Shown piece after piece: positions 27,404 to 40,705 of a DNA stretch of 64,000 nt (within the stretch, counting starts at the first letter, position 1; each line of letters opens with the position of its first letter). Both the position numbers and the translations under genes were made by a program. The stretch lies in the NCBI RefSeq assembly GCF_006345805.1, contig NC_043003.1, positions 51,522,001 to 51,586,000 on the forward strand, written 5' to 3'. Source of the stretch: Octopus sinensis (Eukaryota). A model generated the notes under the pieces. It had not been told where the DNA came from. It saw only the letters and a list, made by a program, of their open reading frames with translations, and ran no database searches.

Positions 27404-28062
27404 CTGCAGAAAAGACAAGCAGAACAGATATTAAACATGAATAAAATGATCAACAATATGTGGGTCACAAATGTTCTAAGCACATACTCATTTTAGGCCA
27501 ACAATATAGAAGTCATAGAGGTTCTAGTGGCATATTCCATTAGAAACAAGAAAAACATTTATCAATACAACAAAGTTCACATGTTCCATCTTTGAGAATG
27601 TTTGAACCAAGCATTGACTCAACACTCCTCAGCAAATCAATTCCCCATGTCTATTTTTGCTGCATAGAACAATTTATAACCAAGGGCATTCCAGGCATTA
27701 CTAATTCATTCTTTCCTCAAACATAGTAAATCCAGGATAACATTAACCAACAAACCTTTTCTTATTGTCCAGACTAATTCGCCCAACATTCTCTAATGTG
27801 TCTTTCCTCTTCTGTTTAGGGTGGTAGGATGTGATTGCATATGTGGATATGTAATGCTTAAGGGTGTTAAATACTTCAGCTTTGCATAGTTAAACTACTG
27901 ACTTGTAGTGAGGGTCTCATTAGGCTAAAGGCCAAAGGATAAAACTGAAATAAAACTAGGTGCAGGCGTGGCTGTGTAGTAAGAAGCTCGCTTCCCAGCG
28001 ACATAGTTCCAGGTTCAGGCCTACTGTATGGCACTTTGGGCAAGTGTCTTCTACAATAGCCT

Positions 28063-28093
<31 letters not shown>

Positions 28094-28151
28094 ACATTAT
28101 TGGTGAATTGAAGAAATGGAGCTGAACGCAGATTGAACAGAAATCGTTTTA

Positions 28152-28241
28152 TTTCATTCTACACGTGTTTCGAAAGGCACAAATTACCAAAATCCGATTG
28201 AATAATGGGACCATATTGTGTCTTTCTCTTCAGGAAGAAAA
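28152..28241 (-). ncRNA. Inverted copy of the same hammerhead motif (sense to membralin pre-mRNA)
   Basis: Reverse complement of 28781-28870, lying in the left arm of the 28093-28929 palindrome. Confidence 0.7.
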
Positions 28242-28780
28242 AAGGGAAATCCGTTGGAAAAACAAAAACAGAACAGAGGCAGAGCAAAAAAACAATCGAA
28301 CTGTGCTCCTAAGAGCCCATGGCGAAACTGTTTATCAGTGTATGTGAGAACCGGTGGCTGAAGAATTCAACAGGTCAGGCATCGGTCAAACATGTGGGTG
28401 AGGGTGTATAGATGTTCTTTGTGACCGAGAATAAAGTTCTGACTATTTAAAGAATATTGGATGTTTTATAAGGGGCGAGAAAAAATCTACTTAGAGACGT
28501 GTGTGTGTGTATACACACACACACGTCTCTAAGTAGATTTTTTCTCGCCCCTTATAAAACATCCAATATTCTTTAAATAGTCAGAATTTTATTCTCGTCA
28601 CAAAGAACATCTATACACCCTCACCCACATGTTTGACCGATGCCTGACCTGTTGAATTCTTCAGCCACCGGTTCTCAACATACACTGATAAACAGTTTCG
28701 CCATGGGCTCTTAGGAGCACAGTTCGATTGTTTTTTGCTCTGCCTCTGTTCTGTTTTTGTTTTTCCAACGGATTTCCCTT

Positions 28781-28870
28781 TTTTCTTCCTGAAGAGAAAG
28801 ACACAATATGGTCCCATTATTCAATCGGATTTTGGTAATTTGTGCCTTTCGAAACACGTGTAGAATGAAA
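28781..28870 (+). ncRNA. Type I hammerhead ribozyme motif (CUGAAGA core, long stem II, palindromic minimal stem III, GUA site)
   Basis: Stem I ttttcttc(28781-88)/gaatgaaa(28863-70); core ctgaaga 28789-95; stem II gaaagacacaa...ttgtgcctttc 28796-28850; gaaa 28851-54; cacgtg 28855-60; ta. Predicted cleavage after 28862. AATAAA follows at 28869. Confidence 0.75.
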
Positions 28871-29077
28871 TAAAACGATTTCTGTTCAATCTGCGTTCAG
28901 CTCCATTTCTTCAATTCACCAATAATGTTTTAATTTCAATTATCCGCACCAACGCACGGTTGCAACGCCAGATGGTTGTACCTCCAACCGTGCTGTTCAC
29001 TGCTGTGATTTTTGCTACTAAGGTATCGGTTAAACTTTGATTAATCTACTACAAGATTATTCATCTTTCTATTTCAC

Positions 29078-29127
<50 letters not shown>

Positions 29128-31069
29128 TACATACAAGTGTGTGTGTGTCTGTGTTTGTCCCCCACCATTGCTTGACAACTGATGCTGGTGTGTTTATGTT
29201 CCCGTAACTTAGTGGTTTGGCAAAAAAGACCAATAAAATAAGTAACAGGCTTACAAAGAATAAGTCCTGGGGTCATTTTCTTTGACTAACACCTTTTAGA
29301 GTTATGCTCCAGCATGGCTGAAGTCAAATGACTGAAACAAGCAAAAGAATAAAAGAAAGAATACCATACAGTAACACATTGTGGGGGGAATGTTTGTCTG
29401 GAACCTCGGACATCTTTTGACCACCTGCTATAGGGACCACAACTCTTACCAATTTTGACTTGTTCTTGCCAGTGAGAAACTTTTGTAGCTCACTAAATGA
29501 GTATTGCTATCATCATTTAAGGTCCGTTTTCCATGCTGGCATGGGTTGGGCAGTTTGACAGGAGCTGGCAAGCCAGGAGCAACACCAGATTCCAGTTGTG
29601 AGTTTTGGTTTGGTTTCTACAGATGGAAGCCCTTTCTAACACCAACCAGTTTACAGAGTGTATAAGTTGCTATTTATGTAGCATCATCACCAGTGCATTT
29701 TATATGGCACCAGCACCATTGCCCTTCATGGGCAAATATTACCAAGGTGGTTTTAGGTTATCAATTCTGTTCTGTTGTGGTGGGCAGGTCATCTTGAGTA
29801 GAGCAATCATCATCATCATCGTTTAGTGTCCGTTTTCCATGCTAGCATGGGTTGGACGGTTCAACTGGGGTCTGTGAAGCCAGAAGGCTTCATCAGGCTC
29901 AGTCAGATCTGGCAGAGTTTCTACAGCTGGATGCCCTTCCTAACGCCAACCACTCCGTGAGTGTAGTGGGTGCTTTTTACGTGCCACCCGCACAGGTGCC
30001 AGACAGAGCTGGCAAACGGCCACGAACGGATGGTGCTTTTTATGTGCCACTGGCACGGGGCCAGGCGAGGCTGGCAACAGACACGAATGGATGGTGCTTT
30101 TTACGTGCCACCGGCATATATGTATGTACCATATATCTCAGTCCTTTACCATCTCTTTTGAAAGGCTCAGCATTTTGTGATTGGCCTTTAAAAGCTAATA
30201 ACTCTCCTGCAACAAGCCTTCATAATTATGTACATCTACTCTTTCAAAGAGATTCCTGGTGAGCGGCAGATATTCATGATTGCTAAAGATAGCTGAGAGT
30301 GTGTGATTTAATGGAAATTTGGCTGTTATATCAAGCAAGTCAAGTGGCCATGTAGGTGCTCACTCACTGATTCATACAACAAACATTTGTTTCACGTGGA
30401 AGAAAATTAATTATGCAGTACACTGTAATGTTTAGCTACGTAAATTTAACCATGTTCTAAAAGTAATTTTGAGAGTAGTAGGCATGGACGTAGTTAAGAA
30501 GTTTGCTTCCAAATCACAATGTTTTAGGTTTGGTCCCACTGTATGGTACTTTGGGTAAGTATTTTCTACTATAGCCCTGAACCAACCAAAGCCTTGTGAG
30601 TAAATCTGGTAGATGGAAACTGAAACTGTATACAAGTCTTATTTTCAATAACTTTTTTATGTGGTAACTCTTAGTAAGTACTCTCATGTTTTTTTTTGTT
30701 TTCAAGTTATTTAGTTACAGATGGGAACAGTGGCCAGTGAGTTTTGCAGCCCTTCTCAAAATAATGAAATTAGTATTCAGATTCAACTTTCATTCATTGA
30801 CCATATTTTCCCTATAGGAAAATCATGATCAGGAATCAAGTCAGCAAAAAAAAAGGATCTATATGGTTGCTTGACATTTTAGAAATAACAGCCAAAATCA
30901 CCCACAAATTGTTCCCTATCAGCTTAAAAATACAAACACACATCACCTCAATACAATGTGGGACAGCGATAAGAGACGAGAAGGAGGCAAGGACTCATAC
31001 TATGGCTCATACTGTGAACGCAAATGGGTTGAATGAAGCTGATTATGATGGTGCTTTGCTTGAAATTTA

Positions 31070-31309
<240 letters not shown>

Positions 31310-31388
31310 TCACAGAAAACATACAGACAAAGGGAAAAAGAAAACCAAAGATTAGTAAAACATCAGAAATATAGTCTTTCAAGATATT

Positions 31389-31778
31389 TAGGCGTAGGAG
31401 TGGCTGTGTGGTAAGTAGCTTGCTTACAAACCACATGGTTCCGGGTTCAGTCCCACTGCGAGGCACCTTGGGCAAGTGTCTTCTACTATAGCCTCAGTCC
31501 GACCAAAGCCTTGTGAGTGGATTTGGTAGACGGAAACTGAAAGAAGCCCGTCATATATATGTATATGTGCGTGTTTGTGTGCCTGTGTTTGTCCCCGCAA
31601 CATCGCTTGACAACCGATGCTGGTGTGTTTATGTCTCCATAACTTAGTGGTTCGACAAAAAAGAGACCGATAAAATAAGTACTAGGCTTACAAAGAATAA
31701 GTCCTGGGGTCGATTTGATCGACTAAAGGCAGTGCTCCAGCATGGCTACAGTCACATGACTGAAACAAGTAAAAGAGT
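31389..31778 (+). mobile_element. Full-length copy of a second tRNA-derived SINE family (internal microsatellite)
   Basis: Head tggctgtgtggtaag...gggttcagtccc, central (TA/TG)n, tail gactgaaacaagtaaaaga. Complete or partial copies at about 8570, 8995-9335(-), 11064, 19572, 25772, 27961, 30480, 44250, 51875 and 58418. Confidence 0.85.
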
Positions 31779-31788
31779 ATATATATAT

Positions 31789-32351
31789 AATAATAGTTAT
31801 CGCCATACTAATATGGCATTCTTATAAAAATAAGAATAAAGCTGTCCGCTTATTAGCTCATGGAGCTAATAAGCGGACAGCTTTATTCTTATTTTTATAA
31901 GAATGCCATATTAGTATGGCGATAACTATTATTTTCCGGAAACGCTGCCGTTGTTCTCTTTTAGAGAGACTTAGTAATTTTAATATTTCTATTATTGAAA
32001 ACAAGTGGATGTATTCCACCGAAGCTAGGTAAATAAAACCTTCGAACAGAGATTGTCAGAAGCGACACCTACTGGTCTGGCTACGCTGCATTGAAAAGGG
32101 GCAATACCCCGAAACGCGTCTGTAGCTGCCGGTCAAGTAGTGTGGAGCGACTGACCTCCCTTGTTCGAAGGTTATATGGATACAGTTTGTGTATCAAATA
32201 GCTAACTTAAGGCGATGGCCTCATGGAGCTAATAAGCGGACAGCTTTATTCTTATTTTTATAAGAATGCCATATTAGTATGGCGATAACTATTATTTTCC
32301 GGAAACGCTGCCGTTGTTCTCTTTTAGAGAGACTTAGTAATTTTAATATTT
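31789..32351 (+). mobile_element. Retrozyme-like element: 363-bp unit plus 132-bp partial second copy, 71-bp inverted start, one hammerhead
   Basis: 31857-31988 is repeated at 32220-32351 (period 363). 31789-31859 is the reverse complement of 31863-31933. (TA)n flanks both sides. Confidence 0.75.
32085..32126 (+). ncRNA. Minimal type I hammerhead ribozyme motif, U3-A8 variant (UUGAAAA core, GUC site)
   Basis: gctgca|ttgaaaa|gggg caata cccc|gaaa|cgcg|tc|tgtagc: 6-bp stem I, perfect 4-bp stem II, palindromic CGCG stem III. Predicted cleavage after 32120. Confidence 0.8.
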
Positions 32352-32676
32352 ATATATATATATCATCATCATCGTAGACACACACACACACACACACACA
32401 AACAACTACATGATCGTTCAGACAAAGTAGAAGGGTTAGTACACAGCTTTTGTAGGTCCTGCAAAATGGTGAACTGTGGTTAAGTTTGAATTTCTGCAGG
32501 TGGTTGCCAGTAGGAAAATATTGATAAGAATGTACTAAGGAAGGGACTTTTATAAGGCTGTTCAACCAGTAAGAAACAGCCAAATCTCTCAATACTGTTA
32601 AAAATAATGAAAGACATATTTGATGATTATGGATAGAAAAGTGTTGTTCATTGGTCACAGGAAGAAGTTTCATTAA

Positions 32677-32897
32677 CCCTTTAGTGTTCGCATTATTCTG
32701 CCAAAATGAATGCTTCTTCATCCACATTGTTTTGAATTAATCATGCATTATCTTGTAGCTATGAGATTTTGATGAGGTAGCTGTTAATGTTTAAAGCGAT
32801 ATTGTAGGGTTGGTGTGAGAGACCAGATATGGCTAGTTTGAACATAAAACAGGCAGAAAATTTTTGGCCGGATATGGCCGGTTTAAACGCTAAAGGT
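32677..32897. mobile_element. About 220-bp TTAA-flanked MITE (piggyBac-like)
   Basis: ttaa|ccctttagtg...cgctaaaggt|ttaa; interior is the reverse complement of the 56242-56460 family. Confidence 0.75.
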
Positions 32898-34947
32898 TTA
32901 AGGTTCACCTGGGGTTAAACAATAACCACACACAACAGCCAGCTAACAAAGGAATTTCTCTATCAGTTATAGGCAACTTTCTGAACTTTTAACCATTAAA
33001 ACAATAAACATACTCAGTGCATCAAGGGAAGGCATTTATTCTTTATAAGTTAACAATATAAAAGTCAGATGCTCTAGTGGTATATTCCACTAGAAACAAA
33101 CAAGAGGAAATATCTGTCAATACAATAAAGTTCACATGTTCCATCTTTGAGAAGGTTTGAACCAAGCACTGATTCAACATTCCTCAGCAAATCAATTCCT
33201 GTCCCATCCATTTTCACCCTATAGATCAGTAGCTATCGTGTAACCTTAATCAGCTTTCACTTGTTAGTGTTTAATCTGGCCATATCTAGCCAAATATTTT
33301 ACTTGTGTTTTATGCTAAAACTGACCAGATCCAACATCTCACACCTAACCTACAATGTCATTCTAAAAATATACAAAAACACCAATTGAAATCTTGAAGC
33401 TACACGATAATGTGTGATTAATTCAAAACAATGTGAATATATAAGCAATATATTTGACTAAGAAATCTGAATGCTAAAGAGTTAATCAGATTTATGACAT
33501 TACTAATTCTTCCTTTTCATAAACATAATGAAATGGTAAATGGTTTACAATACAAAAGAAATCATTTTAAACTTGCTAAAATAATATTCGTAGTGGTTTA
33601 CACGATTGGAATTATAATTTCAAAGTGCTTCATAGTGTCATAGTGAAAATTTGATCAAAGATTTTGCAACCAAAAGAAAAAAAAAAAAAAAAAAAACAAA
33701 CAAACTCAAATATAAATAAAGTAGAAGTATACACAAATAAACGTTATTTTCAATCTTACTGTTATTTTTGTTTCATTTTTAAAAATAGAAATTTATTTTA
33801 TGGTTAATCATTGTTTATATTTTGAATTATATAGATATGGGTGCACCAAAAGAATATTGAGCGCTTAGGGCCTACCCACCTCTATACACTTTTACAAAGA
33901 CTCTGTTCCTTAGATTAGATAATTGCTTATCACCCTCACCCAAGTCCTCCAGTCGTGGTCATCACCCATTTTCTGTCCTTTATCCCCAAGTTTGAATAAC
34001 AAATATTTTGGCACAGCCATTTTGGTGTCACTGACTTGACATCAGATATTTTATCTTAATGTTTCTCTCTCTGTTTGTGTCTGAGTAGTGAAAGTGTGTG
34101 GCTTAGTGGTTAGAGTACTCAGCTCACAGTCGTAAGGTCATGGCATTCAATTCCCACTGGAGGTGCGTTGTCTCTTTGGGCAAGATGCTTTACTTCACAC
34201 CTCTCCAGTCCATTCAGCTGGCAAAAATGAGTCTTACCTGTAATTCAAAGGGCCAGTCTTATCACACTCTTTGTGGAATACTCAGCCACTGGCATATTAA
34301 TTTCACAAGCAGGTTGTTCTATTGATCAGATTAACTGGAACATTCAGTCATAATCGATCAAGTTTTCAGAAGGTGAGAGAACAAACCACCTGGAATTAGC
34401 AACTGGGTATAAAATTGAGATTGTAAGATTTTTTAAATTTTATCTTACAGTCTGGAGGAAATAGCAGTGCCCATGACCTTTTGCAAGGCCTTTTAAGATT
34501 GATCAGAGCAAGGAAAAAAGGTCTCCTCTAACTGGACATTTGACTCAAATGCTTGCAATAGAATGGACTTTGCTAAAGGCATCCAAGGTGTCAGGTGGTG
34601 GTGTATACATAATGGATTAAGTCTACCTTTCAAGTAGGCCATGAACTAAGAAAATAAAGAACTGGAACAAATACAAAAAGATATCCAGTTCAATGTCCTT
34701 ACAATTCTAATTCATCATCCTCAATTTGTACGTTTTCTTTATCGACCCTGAAAGGATGAAATGCAAAGTTGATCTTGGCAGGTTTCAATTCAGAGAAAGC
34801 AGAGTATCAAATACCACTTGCCATTTTATCTGACACTCTTAATGACAAACCCAATTTACCATTAAGATTGATTACTTGTTGATAATTATAATTCACTGGT
34901 TCTAATTAGGTTATACAATTTATCGATCTTGGAGACTTGTCGGACTA

Positions 34948-35692
34948 TCATCATCATCATCATCGTTTAACGCCCGTTGTCCATGCTAGCATGGGTTGGA
35001 CGGTTCGACCGGGGATCTGGGAAGCCAGAAGGCTGCACCAGGCTCCAGTCTTATCTGGCAGTGTTTCTACAGCTGGATGCCCTTCCTAACGCTAACCACT
35101 CCGTGAGTGTAGTGGGTGCTTTTTACGTGCCACCTGCACAGGTGCCAGGCGAGGCTGGCAACGGCCACGGTCGGATTGGTGTATTTTATGTGCCACCGGC
35201 ACGGAAGCCAGATGAGTCGGAGCTGGCATCGGCCACGAGTCGGATAGTGCTTTTTACGTACCACCAGACCAGGGATCCTGGCTGGTTCAATTCGATTTCG
35301 ATTTCGATTGCCCCAACATGTTTTCGCAAGCAAGGGGGTTGGCATGGGTGCCTGTCGTACAGTCAGGTTGGTGTATTTTACGTGCCACCGGCACGGAAGC
35401 CAGTGGAGGCGGCGCTGGCATTGGCCACGAGTCGGATAGTGCTTTTTACGTACCACCAGACCAGGGATCCTGGCTGGTTCAATTCGATTTCGATTTCGCT
35501 TGCCCCAACATGTCTTCGCAAGCAAGGGGGTTGGCATGGGTGCCTGTCGTACGGTCAGATTGGTGTATTTTACGTGCCACCGGCCCGGAAGCCAGTGGAG
35601 GCGGCGCTGGCATAGGCCACGAGTCGGATAGTGCTTTTTACGTACCACCAGACCAGGGATCCTGGCTGGTTCAATTCGATTTTGATTTCGAT
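34948..35692 (-). mobile_element. RTE-tail derived element (5'-truncated LINE tail or SINE) with 192-bp internal repeats
   Basis: Reverse complement closely matches the LINE 3' UTR (about 62980-63409) including (GAT)n. About 2.7 copies of a 192-bp unit at 35176-35692. Confidence 0.85.
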
Positions 35693-36529
35693 GTGCCATA
35701 TAAACAACAGGGAGGTGTGTAAGTCAGGCAGGCAGGTGCTCTGTTGTGTAAATGGTAATGTGGTCACCAAGTGGGCTTCAGGCATTTTTCAATACATGAC
35801 AACCTCTGTCTAATCCTTCTACACTTTAATTGCTACTACAATCAATGGCTTCTGTTCTGGCTGTCTTTCTCCCCAATGATCCCTGGCATTCTATCCACCA
35901 CTAACCATTTTTACCCAATCAACCATCTGAAATCCCCCCCCCCTTTTTTTGTGTTAAAAAAATTTTTTTTTTATTTGCTGAAGGTGCCAGTTTAGAAATG
36001 TTCTAACTTCAAACAGCCATATCAATCTTACCAGCCTCTTGAGAATATCTACAAAGTTAATAGACACTGTCCCTTTCTCCTAAAGGAGGTATTGAATATT
36101 GACAGTGGTCATAGCTTAGTTTTAGTTTCATGATTAAAATTTCTCCTAAGTAATCAAAGTTAAAGTAAAATATCAAGTAAAAATGGAGGAATGAGAGAGA
36201 CAGCCTAGAACTGAACCTTCTAATAGTGTGTACTTGCATTTAGGTGGTCCAGGCTACTGAACAAATGTCTCTGTGAACCAAAATCTAATTCATTTGAATT
36301 ATATTATATACAGGATTAAGACAGCAAAATCATTGGTGTCCCAGACAAATACTTAACAGTATTTTTTGTTTTCCTCTTTATGTTCTTAGTTAAAAAATTT
36401 TGCCTTTCATCCTTTCAGGGTCAATTAAATAAAGTGGCAGCCAAATATTGGTGTCAATGTGATCGGTTAAGCCTCTTAACATAAAATTCCTGACTTTGTA
36501 CCAAAATTTGAAGCAATATTATATACAGG

Positions 36530-39070
36530 ATTAGGTATATTATATGCAGTTGACTGATAAGCAGAAGGACCAATTTTATGAGGTCCTTTTGCAGACCACC
36601 TCTCAAAAACAAATGACAGAGACTTTGTAATTGTGGCTGGTGACGTCAATGGACATATTGGACAGCATCCCAATGGATTCCAGGGAGTGCATGGAGGCTA
36701 TGGTTTCGGACACAGAAATGAGAAGGGAACAAGACTGCTGGAGTTCTGTGATGCAAATGATCTCATGATCTGCAACACTAACTTAAAAAAAACCCAGCAA
36801 GCCACCTAATCACTTATCAGTCTGGTGGTGAGCACATAAGCCAGGCTGATTACCTCCTCACTAGGCAACAAGATAGATGGATGCTTAAAAATGCAAAGTC
36901 TTTCCCAGATGAAGAGTGTACAACTCAACATAAGTTAATAGTTAGTGACTTCAGAATTAGAGTTAGAAAAGCTTGGAGAAATAAACCAATCTGGAAAAGA
37001 AGACTATGGAAGCTCAAAGACCTAACAAACAGAAAAAAACTTGAGATTTACTAATGGAAGCTTTTGACAAAAGAGAGGAAGAGTTCGGGACATATAGCTT
37101 AGAGGACAATTGGAAGTTCCTGCGAGACAATTTACTGAGGACTACAGACAAAACCTGTGGTTGGTGCAGAGTCCCAGCTAGACCAAGGGTGACATGGTGG
37201 TGGAGCAAGGAGGTTGACAGTGCTATAAAAGCAAAAAGACAGGCCTGGAAAGACTGGAAAAATGGTGGAAGCAGAGAATTATATAAGATAGCCAAAAGAA
37301 CAGCTAGGCGTCAGGTATACATAGCAAAAGGAGTAGCTGAAGGTAAGAGATGTGCAAATGTTCTACAGTGTGAGGATCAGAGGCATGAGGTGTTCAGGAT
37401 TGCAAAGCAGTGTATCAGAGAGAATAGAGATGTGGTAGGTGAGAAATGTGTGTGAATGGATAATGGTATGCTTGCATTTAGTGACTCAAGGAAGATGCAT
37501 GGGAGTGTCACTATGAAAGCTTACTAAATGTGGAAAATGAATGGGAGAAAGAGAGACTACTAAATACTGAACCAATTGAGGGACAGCCAATAAAGTTGAT
37601 AGTAGCATAATAGATAAGGCAATTAAGGACATGAAGACAGAGAAAGCCCCTGCACCATCAGGAATCACTGCTGAGATAATTAAAATCTCCAGTGGTGTAG
37701 GATACAGCTCAGTCACCCACATAGTTAATCAGGTTATTCAGGATGGCACCATCCCCAATTTATTGGTGTAGTAGTATTATAGTTAGCTGCTACTAAGATA
37801 AAGGTGATGCTTTAGATAGAAACAGCTGCAATGTCATTAAATTGCTAGTCCAAGTCATGAAAGTTACTGAGAGGGTTGTAGCTCAATTGATTAGAAATAG
37901 AATTAAACTAGATGAGAAGCAGTTCGGTTTTGTACCTGGGAAGAGTATCACAAATGCCACCTTCCTAGTGAAACAACTGCAGGAAAAGTATTTGGCCAAA
38001 AGGAAACCATTGTACTTAGTCTTCATCAACCTAGACAAAGCTTTCAACAGAGTTCCCTGGTCTGTTATATGGTGGTCTCTAAGGAAGTTAGAGAGTAGAG
38101 GAGTAGCTTGTTAGAGCTGTACAAGCCATGTACAGTGGTGCTGCCAGTAAGGTGAGAGTTGGCCATGAATAGTGATGAATTTAACATACAGGTAGGGGTT
38201 CACCAGGGCTCAGTTCTCGACCCACTCTTAGTCATTATATTCCTCCAAGCCATAACAGAGGAATTCAAAACTGGGTGCCGGTGATAACTGCTATATGCTG
38301 ATGACCTTGCTCTTATTGCAGAATCTTTAGCAGAATTGGAGAAGAAATTCCAGGTATAGAAACAAAACCTGGAATCAAAGGGCCTTAAATTTAACCTAGC
38401 AAAGACCAAAGTTGTTGCTAGTAAGAAAGAAGATAAAACTCTCTTTCCATTAAGAAAATGGCCCAGCTCAATATGTAGGAAAGAAGTTGGAAGAAATTCC
38501 ATTCACTGCACCCAGTGTAAACTATGGACGCATAAGAGGTGCAATGGAATCACAGGTAGATTAACAGATGTGCAGGAATAATAAGCATTAAGAGCACACA
38601 GGACCTAGATTCTCTTGAGGTTATAGATAATTTCTGTTACCTAGGTGACCAAATTAGCAATAGTGGAGGATGTTCTGAAAGTATTGTTTGTAGAATAAGA
38701 ATTGGGTGGAGGAAGTTCAGAGAGCTATTACCTCTGTTGGTAACAAAAGGACTCTCCCTCAGAGTGAAAGGTAGATTATATGATGCTTGTGTATAAATGG
38801 CTATCCTCCATGGTAGTGAGACATGGGCTCTGAATGCAGAAGACATGCACAGACTGGAGAGAAATGAAGGTAATATTCTCCGTTGGATGTGCTACATCAG
38901 TGTGCATGTAGAACAAAAGGCAAATGTATTGAGGGGAAAGTTGGGCTTAAGTGGAATCAAATGTAGCATGCAAGAGAGAAGATTACGTTGATTTGGACAT
39001 GGGATGCATATGAATGAGGAAGACCCAAGAAGCTGTGAAATGAAGTGGTAAGGACTGATCTCAGTTCTTG
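36530..39070 (+). mobile_element. Decayed, 5'-truncated RTE LINE of a related family
   Basis: VAGDVNGHIG, TWWWSKEVD, LVFINLDKAFNRVP, LYADD (about 38291) and LHGSETWAL motifs, with many stops and frameshifts. Confidence 0.88.
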
Positions 39071-40498
39071 AGAAGACTCTCCCATGTCAGCGAAACTGAG
39101 TTCTAGAAGCACTGCATGTCCCACCCACACTTAAGAAAATTTCTCACACACTTTACCACAACAAACCAAACTACATCTCTTCCTCACATTTTCACTTCAT
39201 GCACTAGACTTACCTCCCACTCCCAATCCTGTCCTCTTGGCCCTGTGCCACTGTATCATTGATGTCTGCTAGCTTCCGACCTGCGTGTTCCACCCATGCC
39301 TTGTCTCACTGTATCATTGTGTATGTCTGGCACTTTGCCACCATCTCTATTCTGCTGTCCCCCTCTCTTTCTCTCCTCCTGCACTTCCCTCATGTTGGGT
39401 AACCATGTATTTCCTTTGCAGCAGCACACCTGTTTCTGTCTTCATTTCTGATCACTCTCGCTCTCTCCCCCGCCAGGTAACCTTGTACTTCCCCTTACAG
39501 CAAGACACCTGTTTCTGTTTTTCTGCCTCACTATAGCCTTTCATCATCTGACACAAGAAGACCTCCTCCAATGCACCCCACCTTCTAAAGAGGTCTTTTT
39601 TCATTTTTTGTCTTGCAAGCAGTTGGTGATCCTGTCAGTACAGGTGCCATTTGGAAGGGCATCCAGTTGTAAAAACCTCACCAAAACTGACCTCACCTGT
39701 GTTTGTGCCACGTAAAAAGCACTAAATCCACTCTGCAGAGTGGTTGATATTAAAAAGGGTATCCAGCTGTAAAAATCTTGCCAAAAAAGTTACAAAAGTC
39801 TGATGCAGGCTTCTGCCTAACTTGCCCTTGCCCTAGTCAAACTGTCCCACCCATTGAAGGTGGACATTAAATAATGATGATGAATCATCTATTTTGAAGA
39901 TTGCTGAGTAAAATTTGAAACTAGGTGGAAGCCAGGAATATCCTAGCTACAAATCTGTAGGTTACACCTAATTGTTCAGCAAGTTATATGCCATATGTAA
40001 GCTTCATAAAAGTTAATCTGGAGTTACATAACAACCACAACAAACAAGACATTGAGAGTTAAGTCTGTTTGCAAAGGATGTAGCAAAGCTGGTGTTCCAT
40101 TGACCAAAAGTGTAAAAATGTTCCACTCAAAAGTATGTAATTTTTTACAGCTGCAAAAACTTTTCCACTTATGATAACAAGCAATTCATTTGAAAATTGC
40201 AAACTAAGTGATAACTTCAAACGTATTGTAACTTGAGTGATGAGATAAAAAAAAAATTCAACAGTGATAAGCAATAATTTTTGGAAATAACATTTATTTT
40301 TGTACAATACTTTTAAATAATGAACTAATGGAAGTTAAAATGAAATAATAACGACACTTTCTTCAATTTTGCTTTCTCATATTCTGGCAACCAGTTGCAA
40401 AATCATGTGGTGTTATAATGTATTCATGTATACTAATACATTTCATCATCACAAACAATATATTTATTGTTTGCTAGTCATCATGTAGCTGTCACTCA

Positions 40499-40705
<207 letters not shown>

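Larger units (their letters stand above)
28093..29080 (+). mobile_element. Hammerhead-bearing non-autonomous element (retrozyme or Penelope-like) with inverted 5' duplication, between (TA)n tracts inside a SINE
   Basis: Palindrome 28093-28929 followed by unique sequence to about 29080. (TA)n at about 28065-28092 and 29081-29115. SINE 5' half at 27961-28063 and 3' half at about 29137-29358. Confidence 0.7.

Noticed and set aside
31389-31460. tRNA gene
   Set aside because: A/B-box-like head of a multi-copy SINE, with no complete cloverleaf.
34977-35722. Long ORFs (212, 210 and 134 aa), and the similar ORFs at 55722-56249 and 62512-63369
   Set aside because: They are translations of GC-richer tandem units in RTE-tail repeats, open on both strands, with no recognisable protein motifs.
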